Shown: positions 47,616 through 62,809, counted from the first letter of the stretch. The stretch is 64,000 bases of DNA from Camelus ferus (GCF_009834535.1 NC_045697.1:51090001-51154000); one strand, 5' to 3'. A program made the numbers and translations. Notes: a model not told the origin generated them from the sequence alone.

Positions 47616-50179
47616 TCTACTGCATGCCTGAGATTCACAGAGCCCACAGACTTTATCCATATGCTTAACACTGATTATTTCAGACTCACAGAACTCTTCA
47701 GATTCCCTACACATTAACTAAGGTCAGGGGGCAGGGTGGACCACAAGTGTGTTGTCAGAGTTCTGGAAGGAAATGTGACTCAAAACTCCTGATGTTGCAA
47801 ACTTGATTTAACTATGGTTAAAGTAACCTAACCTTGAAAAAAAATAATATAACCCTGAAGTTCCACTCAATATTATAATGATACTTGCTATTATATTTTA
47901 AAAGTGGAGGTCCCATGAGGAATTCAGATTTTTTTGCCATCCTTCTTATTACAGTCTGAATTTCATTTGAATTTCCCTCCTGACTTTTGAAGGCCTTCAG
48001 CAGATCTGGCTCACAGTCTTTGTTAGCCAATTCACAAAAGATCTCTTCAATTAAAAAAAGCAAGATATCTGGTTTATAGATATTTCTGTTACCACAACTA
48101 AGAAACTAAACAGGAAAAAGTCTAAACTTGAGTTTAGTAATCAAGTTGCAAGCCTGTTGTTTGCACAGAGACCACTGAAGGTCACCAATGACTGTGTTAG
48201 GCCACCTGATACTGAGTTGAGTAAAACTGAATTAAAATTAAACTCTAAAAGGAACAATTTAAAATTGTGGGGCATGGAAAAAGCAAACATAAAATATAGT
48301 CACCCATCTGTGGAACCAAATAACGTATGGTAGAATATGATTACCTGCATCTCGAGGTAAACATTAATGATTAAAATGTAGATGATGGGCCTCAGATTAA
48401 TAAACTTGTACTTCCATTGAGAGAGAGTCAAGGTTATCACTGCTTCTCTCTAAACAAATTCTAAAACCACAGCATGGTAACCTTTGAAATTTTAACAAAG
48501 CATCACCAGACTTGCACTGATTGCTTCAGTTTACATGCCACTGGTCATAGAACTTTGAACTGGCCATTTTTGTTTGGAAAATTTGAAGATACTGTATCTC
48601 TTTAAGTTAAACAAACCCTTGGACATACACACATGCTGTTTAATGAGTGCTGTCCCCTGCAAATGGAAAATTGCCGTGGTAAGGAATTGAGTGGAATAGT
48701 GCAAACAAACTCGAATAGTCCCCAGGCTGAAAAAATATTCAAATTTCCTAACTTTTCTCTCACTTACACTTTATATGAAAAAAACATCTTTGCCTCTCTA
48801 TTTTACTCTTCAAGAGAATGATCCTATATGATCTGGAGTTATAGCTATTAGAACTTAACTTTAAAGTATCTTATTCAGAGATCATAAAATCTCATTCTTC
48901 CTGCTTCACAATATCCTTTATTCAAACGCAGGTGTTTCTAAGCAAATTTCTGGCAGTGTAATTCTATTTTTCTGTTGAATTTCATGAAAATATCATAGGA
49001 ACATTTTATAGGAAAAATATAATCCCTTGATAAACTAAAGCTACATTTAATTCTATAGCAAAGAAAGTTTAAATTATTTTATTAAATAAATGAAGTTAAT
49101 TACCCACAAACATTGACAAAAATGTTCAGAATATTAACAATATTATTGGCCTATAATTATTTCATCTTGGAATATAAATGCCAAAGAGAAAATAAGCAGG
49201 TGTGTTAAACTCTAACAGTATTCTCTTATTGAGGTTTTAAACATGTCTGCTTTTGCTTTTCGCCTAAGTTTTTCTACTGTTTCAGACTAGGCTATAAGTG
49301 GGTAGGGGTTAGAATAAATTCAAGTATTAACAATGCAAAAAAATCACCCAGTCCAAGCCCTCTGATGACACTTGGCCAATCATAGTGACAATACAGTGAA
49401 CTACTCTTACTGCCTTTTCATTTCCTAAACTTTAACTCAATCACGATGAGCAAAGATATGATATGAAATTTGAAGTTCCACCTACACAGCCATTTGATAT
49501 AGAGCAAGTTGTGTGACTGGCCTGTGATGTGACAGGAGCAGAAACTCAGCAGAAGGTCCTTCCCTCTACATCTCAATCTAACAGAAGCACCCTCAAAACA
49601 TGTTGTTCAAATGCATACATTTTTCATGCTGCTTACCTGCAGTAAAGAGCATTTTAAAAGTATTTCAATTTTAACTCCATTGGGTGGAGAACACCCTATC
49701 CAGTTTACTACAGGAACACCACTCTCAATAGTCTTATACATAGCCTAATTCATGCTTTTGTGTCATACCTGTCTAGTCTTGGTAGACAGTTGATTTTCTA
49801 ATCCCTGTTTTAAGCTGGCTGGTATTCCATCAGAGCAAAGAGAAATGCAGGAAGATCCTCTTTTATTATAGTAACTAAAGAGAAAATTGTTTTAAAATCT
49901 AGGAACATTTACAATTTTATAATTCCTCTCCCAAAAATAAAACAAACGAACAAATAACAAAAGAAAAAACAGGATAGTCAAGCAGACCAGGGGAGTGTAA
50001 GGAAACCTGGAGCTCTGCAAGCCTCACTCCTACTCTGGCAAAAAGTCTTAGGGGTCCAGGGTGCCTGGGTAGTAGCAGAGGCAGGCCTCTCTACGCATAA
50101 CAGAATGATACAAAATGGGAAGTCTTGAGGCCTCCCACCCCTGTAAGGCACATGAATCAATATGTAGAGCTCATTTCTT

Positions 50180-51608
50180 GACATATGGATCAATGGAACA
50201 GAACAGAGAGCCCAGAAATAAACCCACAAACTTTTGGTCAATTAATCTTTGACAAAGGATGCAAGAACTTACAATGGAGTAAAGACAGTCTCTTCAGCAA
50301 ATGGTGTGGGAAAAATTGGACAGCTACATGTAAATAAATGAAGTTAGAATACTCCCTCACATCATACACAAAAATAAACTCAAAATAGCTTAAAGACTTA
50401 AACATACGACAAGACACTATAAACCTCTTAGAAGAAAACATAGGCAAAATACTTTCTGACATAAATCTTAGCAATGTTCTCCTAGGGCAGTCTACCCAGG
50501 CAATAGAAATAAAAGCAAAAATAAACAAGGGGGACCCAATTAAACTTACAAGCTTTTGCACAGCAAAGGAAACCATAAGCAAAACAAAAAGACAACCTAT
50601 GAAATGGGAGAAAATATTTGCAAAAGATGAGACTGACAAGAGCTTAATTTCTAATATATATAAATAGCTCATACAACTTAATAATAAAACAAACAACAAA
50701 CTGAATCCAAAAATGGGCAGAAGACCTAAACAAGCATGAAGACATACAAATGGCCAATAGGCACATGAAAAAATGCTCAATATCACTAATTATCAGAGAA
50801 ATGCAAATCAAAACTACAATGAGGTATCACTCACACCAGTCAGAATGGCCATCATTAAAAAGTCCACAAACAGTAAATGCTGGAGAGGGTGTGGAGGAAA
50901 GGCAACCCTCCTACCCTGTTGGTGGGAATGGAAAACAATATGGAGATTCCTCAAAAGACTAAAAATAGACCTACCATATGATCCAGCAATCCCACTCCTG
51001 GGCTTATATCTAGAGGGAACTTTAATTTGAAAAGATACATGCACCCCAATATTCATAGCAGCACTGTTTACAATAGCCAAGACATGGAAACAACATAAAT
51101 GTCCATCGACAGATGACTAGATAAAGAAGCTGTGGTATATTTACACAATGGAATACTACTCAGCCATAAAAAATAAAATAACGCCATTTGCAGCAACATG
51201 GATGGACCTGGAGAATGTCATTCTAAGTGAAGTAAGCCAGAAAGATAAATAAAAATGCCATATGATATCATTTATATGTGGAATTAAAAAAAAAAGACAC
51301 ATGAACTGATTAACAAAATAGAAACAGACTCACATACAGAGAAAACAAACAGATTTCCAGGGAGAAGGGGGTGGGAAGGGATTAAATTGGGAGTTTGAGA
51401 TTTGCAGATACTGACTACTATACATAAAATAGATAAACAACAAGTTTATACTATAAGCACATGGAACTATATTCAATCTCTTATAGTAACCTATAATGAA
51501 ACAGAATTTGAAAATGAAGGTATGTATGTATATGTATGACTGAACGATTATGCTGTACACCAGAAACTGACACAACATTTTAAACTGATGATCCTTCAAT
51601 TTAAAAAA
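50180..51608 (+). mobile_element. 5'-truncated L1 (ORF2 C-terminal part plus 3' UTR) with 14-bp TSD AGAGCTCA(T/A)TTCTT at 50166-50179 / 51609-51622
   Basis: Frames [27 protein letters not shown] and [21 protein letters not shown] are the L1 ORF2 C-terminus. Confidence 0.95.
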
Positions 51609-54600
51609 AGAGCTCAATTCTTAACAGGAATTTTCAGCACACCTTGTAGTGAGATCCTACCTAAAGCAAAGTGTCATAGACATAGTTCCCACCTGCACAA
51701 TTACCTGATAATGACACCTATGTGACAACTACTCATTTCCTCTTCAGTATCCTTCAAATGCTTTCCACCCCCACGACAGCTCTGAGACTGCATCTCAAGT
51801 CAAGTATTCAACCCCAGTAGGAAAATATTTTTTACATATTTCATGCATATAAAAGGACCTCATCAATGGCATTTGGCTCACTTCTTTTATGTTGACGTTC
51901 ATGAAATTACATTATTCTAGTTCTCCATCTTCTTCTTGAACCAACTGTTCTCTTTCTTATTTGCTGACAACTCTTCTTTCTATCTTCTAACCAAGGACTT
52001 CTTTACCTTCTATTGAACAGTCAGAAATCATTTAATTCTTGCTTATTTTGGTCTCTATATTTACTCTCTTTCTCAGTGTTACCGCAGTAATGGATTAATG
52101 GATATACATACTTCAAATTATAAACAATCCTGCACATTACTCCCACAAATATCTTCCTAGAATATTGTGTGCAATCACTACTCTCTTTCTGCTCAAAAAT
52201 TTGGAATGACATTCCATTGCCTAAAAAACTAAATCCAAACTAATAATGTGCTGGACTCTTGTGCTTGGTACACAAAGGGAAGCAGCATCTCTTCACCCTA
52301 GAAATGAGAGCCTCTCAGAATCTGAATGACTCCACCAACTTGGGATAAAAAATGCAGGCTCTTTTTGGGCAGTGAAAATTCAACAGATTGGTGATATACA
52401 ATGTGACAAAATAGAAGGTTGTGCATAACTGGTGTTCAGTAAATGCTTATCAATGAAGTGGAGAGCCAGGTCTCAATTAGGGGAAGGAAGTATATACAAG
52501 AGGTAAGAAACAGGATTAAAAGATTGGGAATTCAGATATGCCAAATGGAGAACAGGGTTGGATAAGAGGAAACAGTGAACTTAGTGATGGCATAAGCTAA
52601 GTGAAGGTAAAAGAAGTATATCCATAAAGATCTGGATACCAATAGTGATCCACAAGGGTCTCCTAGAGACAGAGAGAGAAGAACCGTGGAGTGAGAGAAT
52701 ACAATTACTTCTAAAGCAAATGTTAAGAAAAAAAGCCAGTTGACTGAAGGCAAGACGGTAGAGGCAGATAAACAAACATACACATGAAAATATAGACATT
52801 TACTAACCACAATACTTCTTGAAATATTTTCTCTTTCCCTTTCTTGTATATGATCTTCTCACTATTCAGTGCCTTGTGGAGAATTAAAACTGTTATAGCA
52901 GGAATGCAAAAAAAAAAAAAAAAGCAGTGTTAATATTCACCTATCATTATAGGAATTTCAAGTGACACAGTAATCTTGAGATATTTTTGTTTAGAGAGAA
53001 AGATTTACTCTCTAATCTTGTTCATCCACATATCAAAACCAGAACTTGACTGGTCTAGATTTACATTGCGTTTGTTTGTTTGTTTGTTTGTTTGTTTTTT
53101 AAGATTTAGATAGAGAGAACTCTTCATGTGAATAAGGGACATTCAATTCTACCTAGGAATGAAATGAAGAGTCTTTCCAGAGGAAGAATAGGAAAAGCAA
53201 AAGGGAAATTCATGGCTAATGTCACTGTGATATCTATTATTTCTAACAAGGGAAGTAAGAAATAAGAAGATGGAAACTAGGTATGTTGAGGAAGAAGGCA
53301 AAGACAGTTTCTACTGCTTCCCATTTGGAACCCTCAGAAAGAAGTTTCCCTCACAAGGCATCCGCTGGGCCAATGTGAAGGAACCCTCACAGAGCAGAAA
53401 TTAACACAATGAGCTAATGATAGAGTTCTTAATATGATCGACAACATTGTGTCTTGCTAATTTATAATCACATTTTACATAAATGAAGAAGTACATGCAC
53501 TAAGCTTATACACCCAGCTCATGGGTTTGAAGTCAGGACAGAACAACCCTATTTGGTGAATACATTGCATCTGAGTGTAGCCAAATACAGTCCTCACAGA
53601 GCTTTATCTTAATTAGGTGCAGACTGTTGAAGTTTAGCATTTTCTCCCCGTGTAGATAGTACGCTGTAGAATCTTATGGAATAGGAGAGTTAAATGCAGA
53701 AATACTGAAGAGGAGATTAAACAGTATTCCAGAGCAGTAAAATACATATATATCTGGTAGATTTGGAAAGCTGAATCCTAATCATTTCTTTAGGTTGGCT
53801 CCAAATCAGAAGTGAAATGAAGTGCTGAACAGTGACCATCATTTTGATCATCATACTGACCTCCTTGGTCTACCTTGTGATAAAAACATGGTGTCCTGGA
53901 CAGGTCTCAAGCAGAGCAGCCCAAACCATTTGGGCGTAACAGTCCCTTTGGCAACAGTTTAATCAGTAAGTTCAATGTCACATGGAAAAGTAATCTAGGA
54001 TATTCACAATGTGTCTTTTCCCAGAGAAGCCACCCACACATGTTTGTCGACTACATGCTCTACCACAAAATTTACAGCTCTACCAAGAGCCTGTTGACTT
54101 AGCCATGAAATACTAACCAAGAGATTAGAGGTCACTTATTACCAAAGTAGAGCTCACTCTCCCTACAAAAAAAAAACAAAAACAAAAACAAACCAGGATA
54201 AACATCCTTTCTTTCTACTTTGTCCACTCTTATTCCCAATGTTTTCTCATCACTCTAAACAAAGTACAATGTCTCCTTTATTTCAAACAGAGCTTTGTCA
54301 TTTATGGGACTTCCACACAAGATATGAGTTACTAACTTTCCTTTTTTTTTTTTTTATATGAGCTTCCTTTTCTCAATTGCATAGAGATAATTTCCTCTAT
54401 GACCCTTTATTTACATCTAAATTTGATGTTCAATGAGATTTTAAAATATCTGGCCTTGCAGGGTAGAGTTTAAATGGGAAATAATCTACTGATTATCATT
54501 TGCCATTCTGAAGTCATCAGATAAATATAAACCAAAGTAACACATGTGTGATCCTACTACCATTCTAGGGGGGTTGGTCTCAATCTTTCATGTGTCTAAA

Positions 54601-56924
54601 ATCATCTGTGGGGTAGTCAGATATCCCTTACTAAGTCATATTCTTCCAACAACATTCTACACTAAGAATGATTTAATCCTGATTTTAAAATGATCTTCCA
54701 CATCTAAATGCAATATTGCATTAATTCAATGGAATACTATTCACTACACAAAGAAAGAAAAAAAACTTTTATGAAACATATGAAACTAACTCTAAGGTAT
54801 TGTTTAGGGAAAAATCAAAGTGTATAATAAAATAAGATAGCTTTTAAAAATAGTGTGTCAGGAGGGGCATACAAGTATTGACTGACTCATGGTAAAACAA
54901 TCTGGCTTGATTCAAACTATTTGGAAGGATATGCAGGAAAATGGGAACACTAGTTGATTCCTGGGAGAGGAGCCAGATGACTGTGGAACAGTTACAGAAT
55001 GATACTATTCAGTGAATATTTGCTTATGCCTTTGTAAAAATTTGAATCATATAAGTGTATTACTTATTCAAAAATAATTGAAACTAAAATTGAACAAATA
55101 TTTAAGACATGAAGTAGTCTTGTGAATCTTAGTACTGGTAAATTTTCCTACACCATCATAAAAATCCCAGGAAAGTATAGCTGACACCTGAAATTACGTA
55201 TTTCAGATACTTTCTCATGTAGTTGAGCTACAACTGGTTATAGCAACTGGGGAAAATGAGAAATATCAGGAGCATTCTTCAGAAATTACATCTAGCTTTA
55301 AAGTTTTTAAATCCAACATTAAATCTCAATCATTGTACATGAAACTTTTCTGTAAGCACTGAAGAATGATAGAATTGATATTAAGGAAATTAAAGAAAAA
55401 CAAAACAGAAAATCTACCCTTTGCAAAAGCAATCATTCTCATTCTAGTTGGAAACCAGACAACAAGCTATATTAATGTACATTTTATTGAAAAGCATCTC
55501 TATGAATATGTGGTTCTTTCAAGCAGACATCTCTTGCTTATCCTTGTATCCAGTATCTAGAACAGAAATTTTTCAAGTTATGTTCTATGGACCCAGGCGT
55601 GCTTTAGATATTCTGCAAATATTTGACTTGCTTTACTTCTTTTTAAATATACATAAAGTTTAAACTGTATGTATGTGTGTATACACACACATATCTATGT
55701 ATGTTATGGCCATTGTATATAAAATATATTATATATAAACACATTTTATGCAATGTTTTTATATCCAAATTGAAGACTTTGATTTCTATGGCCAAGGCAG
55801 CTTATTTTCATATCAATCTAGGAAAAATCTTCTCTATGTATATATTAGAACTTTTTAAAAAATGTCAATGCTTAAGAAGGTTGAAAGTTTGTAATAGTGC
55901 TTTCCTAAAATTCAGAACTGGATCTATCCAAGTATACAAAATTCTGTAGAAGATTCATTCTGTTTGGCTGCTCTCCCAGATGAATAGGCAATTTCAAACT
56001 GATTCAATTTAGTTCCTCTTGGGTCAAGGGAAATATCTGGCTTCAAGTCCCTATCACCTCTTAAAGTGACCAAAGTTACTTTTGAGACTGTGTGCATTAC
56101 AAGTGTTCTGGGCCACTGTCAGGTAGATTATCTGATGGGGGCAGGGGCGGGGTTGAGTAGAGCTTCGAGGTACAGCGGATGCCAGGCCAAACTGGATAAA
56201 TGATGGAGAACATACCATTTTGGTGGCTGGCTTTGACACTGACAACAATAGAACAACATGGAACTCATCCAGGTTCTGTGCAGCTTCCTGGTGCTAGAAC
56301 ATATGAGGGAGGTCTGCTTTGGCTGGCTGGGGGAAGACAGTGGTATGCATCATTCCTTCTCTTACCTCTTTTCTAGTCATGAGTATTTCATCTCCTAAGG
56401 TAGAAAAATTTGCTCTTCAATGATCCATCCATATTTTTCCATATTTCTGCACCTCTCCTCCCCCTCAATAGTAGCATACTGGCAAAAAAAGAAAATATTC
56501 TTGAGTTACAAGTGAAAGAATTTTGTGAGCCCTGGTTGAGGAATTTGAGGGGAAGAAATATACAAATTAATACTTAGAAATGTATGTGCCATGCTCAAGT
56601 AAATGTCAATAAAGCTTTAGGATATCTGCCTAGTACATACTTTTCTCAAATCATAATAATCACATGTGCAAAGACAAGTGAATTTCCAGTAACTGGCATC
56701 ATGAGAGTATCATAATTTTATCACTCACTGTAAATCTGAGATGTTTCCTTTATGGTATATTTATGATAAATAATGTAAGTAGCTCTTAGATATTGTTGGT
56801 GAGGTAGTTATGAAATGAAATGATTCTATTATTCCTATTAACCACAGTTATTTTAAGGTTACAAATCATGCTGTTTTTCTTTTTGCTTTATTTTTAACTA
56901 TTAACATTTGCAACTAATTTTCCT

Positions 56925-57250
56925 TTTTTCCCAGCTTTACTGAAGTATAATTGATGAATAAAATTGTAAAATGTTTAAAATATGCAATGTGATGATTTGA
57001 TATATGTGTACATTATGAAATGATCCCCACAAAAAGTTAATTAACACATCACTTCATATAATTACCTTCTTTTGGAAAGAATGCTTAAGATCTACTCTCT
57101 TGGTAAATTTCAATTATATAATACAGTGTTATCAACTATTACCAGTATTACAGTCATCATGCTGTACATTCAATTCTCAGAACTTATTTCATTTTATAAC
57201 TGAAAATTTGTATCTTCTTACCAACCTCTTCTCATGCACCCCCCACCCCA
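56925..57250 (-). mobile_element. L1MA-type 3' end (reverse)
   Basis: CAGCTTTACTGAAGTATAATTGA...TTAAGATCTACTCTCTTGGTAAATTTCAA...CATGCTGTACATT...CAGAACTTATTTCAT. Confidence 0.8.
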
Positions 57251-57874
57251 ACACATTTATACAAAGAGAAAACTGCTTTTATCCATGTGTATATTAAGGT
57301 TTTAATATACAAAGTACATTATATTTACATATTGGTGTTCGAAAAAATTTGAAAAACACTGACCTAGGTCAATAATCATGACAAAAAACAGATTAAAAAT
57401 AAATTTAAAATTCCCTTCTTATCTAAGTAAGACCATTTTAGCCTTAACAAAATTCACAGAGTCATGTAGTATGGTTAAAAAACAAAATTTGAGAAATGGT
57501 TGAAGAGTAGTCTTGCAAATATTAAGTTACTTCTACCTTGAAGTAAGGAGATAACATAAAGAATTAAAAGAGTCCTTGTGAAGTAACTTGACTTGAAGAA
57601 CTTTATTTTAGTAATGGATGGACAGAAAGAGCTCATCTTGTTCATGCAGGGGTTAGCTGTGATAATCAACTCATAAATAATAGTCATTTATTTTTAATAG
57701 CCCTTAATGTTCCTTCAAATTTGGTGGAACATATTTTACCATTTTTAAATACATAGTATTTATCTATAAACGAGAAAATGTTCATATATGGTCTTAATAA
57801 AATGAGAACTAGAAATATAAATTCTCGATACTACATAAAGGAAATAACTTTCTCAACTTATTTTACAACTGCAA

Positions 57875-59800
57875 TTCATTCATTCATTCATTCATTCATT
57901 CAACAAATATTATTGCTGTCTATAAATTTAAAAAGATACTCTTACTGTTGTGGAATTTACATTCTAGCACAAGTAGATAGACAATATTAGCATAGTAGAT
58001 AAGTAAATTATATATTATTTTAGAGGGTGCATAGCACTATGAACAAATTAAAATTAGAGCAGGTTAAGGGAGACTGGGAGTGCAGGCAACATAAGATTGC
58101 TTTCAACTGTAAACAAGGTAGTAAGAGTGGACCTCTTTGAGCAAAGACTGGAAAGAGATAAGGTAGGTACCACATATGTATGTGGGGAAGAAGCGTTCAA
58201 GACAAAGGGCACAACTACTGCTAAGGCGCTGAAACAGGAGTGCCCCTGATGTGTTTGAGAAATATTAAGAAAGTCAGAGCGTCTGAAACAGAGTAACCAA
58301 AGAGGAAGAGAGAATAGAAGGAGAGGAAGTCAGAAAGGTAAAGGCAGCAGATCATGCAGCATCCCATAATCCATTGAAAGGATTTCAACATTTACTCTGA
58401 GCGAAATGGAAAGGCAGTGTAGGGTTTTGAGCAGAAAATATAGCAAACAATAATACTCCTGCATGATAAATACTACATAATAGTATATATAATAGCAAAT
58501 TATAAAGTTCTATGTGAATAAGATTTGTTATAAAATTCTCCCTCTAAAATCTTAACTTCTGGTGAGCTTGTAGTCTATCATAAAAGCCATTTATTGAGTA
58601 GTCACTGTGTTCCAGGTACTGTTCATTAATTAATTCAACAAATATTTATTAAGTGCCTACTGCCATGTCAGGTACCACTCAGGGTACAGAGATAGGCATT
58701 ATAGACACAAACATGAAAGAGCATAAGCACACAGGGGTCAGAGGAGGGAAGGATGCTCTAGAGAAGCATCAAGGTTCAAATTCTAGTTTCACCATTTACT
58801 GGCTGTGTGACCTTGGATAAGCTTCTTAACCATTTTCAGACCCAATTCTCTCATCTGTAAAAGGCAGTAACAACAATATTTCTTACACTATAGGGTTTTG
58901 TGAACATTACTCTGGTTGCTACATGGAGGATAGGGAGAAAACATAGGAAGGAGGAGGGAGAATATTTAGGGGCTATTGTAGTAGTTCAGGGGAGAGTCTA
59001 GGGTAGTGGTGGAAGTGGTGAGAAGCAATCAAATTCAGGATGTATACTTGGAATTAAAACCAACATAACAATGGCTGATGGATTCGATGTAGCATGCAAG
59101 GGACAGAGATGAATCAAGGGTAACTTCTATGTTTTGGCCAAAGCGACTGAGAAAATGATAGGTCCATTTTATGGGGTTGGTGAGATTGGAGATTTAGGAG
59201 AAGGAATTGAGTACTATTTTGAATACGTTATATCTCAGTTACATGTTAGGCATCCAAGAAGATTTCAAAAATGTGTTTGGATATATAAATTTAAACTCCG
59301 AGGAGAAGCCAAGCCTTCAGATTTAAATGTGGGATATGCCAGATGGTAATTATACCATGAGATGAAATTAATTGCTTAGATAAGAGAAAAAGAAGACCAA
59401 GGACTGAGCTCTGGATTACACCAAAAGTCCAAGCTCAGACATATGGGAGGAGTCAGCAAAGGAAAGAGAAGTAGCTGGTGAAATAGGAGGGAAACTACTC
59501 CCTAGTATGACGTCCTATTATATTAAGGGTAAGAAAATGATCAGTTATCTCAAATCTCCCTTTGGAAAATGGAAAATGAGGTCTGAGATTTGATCATTAG
59601 TTTTGAAAAGATGGGGGTCATTGTTGACTTTGACAAAAGAGTTTCGGTAGAGTCACGTGGCTATCAGTGTGACTAAAGCACAGAAGAGACAACTGAGGTA
59701 GGAGTTACAAAGTCATAGTGGAATAGTAAGTAAAGACAACTCTTTTTTTCCCTGAATTTTGCTATGAAGGGTGCAGAGAAATGAGCTGGAAGAAGTCTTG
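57875..59800 (-). mobile_element. L2 fragments, with a MIR at ~58740-58900
   Basis: (ATTC)n-AACAAATATT L2 termini at ~57875 and ~58625; MIR core GGCTGTGTGACCTTGGATAAG...CTCATCTGTAAAA. Confidence 0.7.
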
Positions 59801-60187
59801 GGCCATGTGAGACTTTTTAAAGATGGTGGTGATATTTATAGTCTGATGGGGATGATCCAAATGAAAAGCAAAGCCTAATGATGCAGAAGAAAGGAGCTAA
59901 ATGGAGGAGAAAAACCCTTGAATAGGCTGGATGCTGTGGGATCCAGCACACAAGTTGAAGGGTGGGCTTTAGACAGGAGCCAGGATAGTTCAGTCACTGA
60001 ACAAGAGAAAGCAAAGTTCAAGATTAGGGGAAGACAGGCTGGTAATTTTAGAGTTGGATAGATGAGATAGTTCTCCTCTGACTGCTTCTGTATCCTGAGT
60101 GAAGTAAGAATTAAATTCACAGCTTAGAACAATGAGGAGGGGAGAGGTGTTTGTTCTGATTTCCTGATATTTTTTTCTTCCTAAGAT

Positions 60188-60364
60188 CTTGGCCACTTCA
60201 TAGGCACGTGGCCTGAGCAATCATACAGCGTTCTGAACCTAGAAGGAGTCCACACTTAGTTTAATGCTCTGCTGCTGCAGCCACGAAATTCTTAATGATT
60301 GTTGAACAAGGAGCCCCACATTCTGATTTTTCACTGGACAGCAGAAATTATGTAGCTACCCATG
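60188..60364. mobile_element. MER91A-like hAT MITE
   Basis: CTTAGTTTAATGCTCTGCTG...GAAATTCTTAATGATTGTTGAACAAGGAGCCCCACATT...AAATTATGTAGC; family from memory. Confidence 0.7.
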
Positions 60365-60471
60365 CTGGGAGCTTTTGAATCTTTGTCACCAGTGTTCTAG
60401 AATTTCATAAAGCATGAGTCTTTTTAGACCATTGCACTAGATCATAATTGGGCCTTTTCAAACAGTGATTA

Positions 60472-60699
60472 CAGTCGACCCTTGAACAACGCGGGGGTTA
60501 GGGATGCCGACAGTCTGTACAGTCAAAAATCTGCTTATAACTTTGCAGTAGGCTCTCTGGATCGTGGTTCTGCATCCACACATTCAACCAACTGTGAATG
60601 GTGTAGTATTGTACTATTACTACTGAAAAAAAAAAAAAAAAGAAAAATTGTATATAAGTGGACCTGTGCTGTTCAAATCTGTGTTGTTCAAAGGTCAGG
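60472..60699. mobile_element. MER8-like TcMar-Tigger MITE with TA TSD
   Basis: TA-CAGTCGACCCTTGAACAACGCGGGG ... GTGTTGTTCAAAGGTCAGG-TA. Confidence 0.82.
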
Positions 60700-61689
60700 T
60701 ATAATTCCTTCAGGTCTAAGGAAATTCCTTGCATTGTTTCACTGACAATTTCTTCTTTTCCTTTTTCTCCTTACGCAAATTGTAGCTTGAATGCTGAACC
60801 TCTTGCACAAACGCTCTAGTTTTCTTATCTTTTATGTCTTTGTAGTTTTGTTCTACTTTCTGAGCTACTTCCTCAACTTGGTTTTCCAATCCAAATTCTG
60901 TTGATGATTTCTTTTATTCTATTATATGTTTTAATTTATTTTTAGGTCTTTAAGGTCCTGTTTTTACAACCTCGTGTTCTTTTTTCACAGATTCTGTGTT
61001 ATCTTTTCTTGTCTCTGTAAGATTTACTACAGATTTTTGTACTGTTTCATTTTCTTCTGTGGCTAGTATTTTCTGTATCCTCTGATTGTCTGTGTTTTCT
61101 CATCTCCTTTGTAAGAGACTCCTCTCAACTGCCTAGTGATTCTTAGTTTCCCATATATATTTTAAAATAAGACAGTAAATATTATTTGGAGATTTTGTCA
61201 GACTTGTGGAATATATTGACTCTGGGCTTTGCTGCAGGGTGATCATAGGATCCAGATATTTTGTTGCTCTTTACTCTTGGGTCTGATGGTTTCCTCAGAA
61301 ATAAATTTTCTTAATTTTCTGCTTAGATATAGAAATTTGGCAGCCAGTCTTCTGGAGATCAGAGATCTCACTATTTAAAATACTTTCATTTATGTTTCCT
61401 ATTTTCAATATAGCATCTCATCCTTGCTTCTTCCTGAGTCCAAAGATTTTCTGGTTCAACAACTTTATTGACTAAATCTTCAGTATCCTAGTATAATAAG
61501 GGAAGGGTAGTCATCTGGATGCATAAAGAGGAAGTGGGATCTGAAGAGATAAATGCTTTTTAAATTACATTTAATCCTTCAGTTAGACCTACCATCTTTC
61601 ATATCCACCTTTAAAGTTACTAGATTCTCTCATTTATGATGATAGCCTAAATTCTGTGGTATGTGTCAGCTTGATTTTTATTGGCCTCT

Positions 61690-62065
61690 ATACTAGTTTG
61701 CTAGGGCTGCTGTAACAAAGTACCAAACACTAGGTGGCTTAAAACAAGTGATATTTATTGTCTTACAGTCTGGAAGCCAGAAGTCCAACATCAGTGTATC
61801 TGCAGGGTCATACTCTCTATAAAGGTGCTGGGGAAAGATCTGTTTCAGGCTTCTCTCCCAGCTTCTGGTAGACTCGGGCATCCCTTGGCTTGCAGATGCA
61901 TCACTCCAATCCTCTGTTTTCACAAGACATTCCTCCCTATGTCCCTATGTGTCTTCAAACCTTCTTCCCTCTTTGTGTATGTCTCTGAGTCAAAATTTCC
62001 CCTTTTTATAAGGACACCAGTCATGTTGGATTAGGGTCCATACCACTGATCTCCTCTTAACTTGG
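61690..62065 (-). mobile_element. MaLR LTR (MLT1C/D-like)
   Basis: TAGTTTGCTAGGGCTGCTGTAACAAAGTACCA...GGTGGCTTAAAACAA...TTATAAGGACACCAGTCATGTTGGATTAGGG. Confidence 0.85.
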
Positions 62066-62809
62066 TTAAGTCAGCCCCAGACTAAGCCTCCAAGCATCTC
62101 CTACCACTCCCTCCTCACATGCCCCACTCCAGCCAGACAGTCACTTTGCTGTTCTTAAAAATGACCAAGCATATTCCCACCTCCAGCCCTTTAGATTTGC
62201 TCCTTTCTCTTCTTTCAGAGATTCACAAGGCTTGCTCCCTCACAGGACATTTCTACTCAAGTCTCCTCCTGAGAAGTAAATCCTCCTGGACCATTGTCTT
62301 ACTTTGGTTTCTCTCAAAACAGACTCTGAGATCAGGACTAGATGCACAGAATTTATCAGAAAGAGATCCCTGAAGGCAGAGTGAGGCAAACGGAAACTAA
62401 GACAACCAAGAGATGCCCATGAAGGATGTGTTGACGGGTTGGTACGGCTGTGGGCAGCTGAGGCTCAGTCCCCCTGGAGACCTCTTGAGAGGCTGAGTGG
62501 AGTACACTTCAGAATTGTCACCAACTCTGTCCCTCATTAAATGAAGATTGTTTCTGGGGACATCAGCCTCTATCCTGCCCCTATGTACTGTCACAGCAGG
62601 TACTTAAAGGTGTAGCACATAATAGGCTCCTGATAAACACTGAATAAATACATGGGATGTGTAGAATTTTTTGAGACACTGGATAGAATAAGAAGAGAAA
62701 AGAGAACTAAAAAGATTTTTAAGCATGTTAATAATTTAAAAAAAATAAAACAAGATACAAACTAGTGTTAGAGTATGCTTCTGTTTGCTTAAAAAAAAAG
62801 ATAGTTATG

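Noticed and set aside
56137..56190. GC box and a few CpGs suggesting a promoter
   Set aside because: Too short for a CpG island, and no associated exon or ORF.
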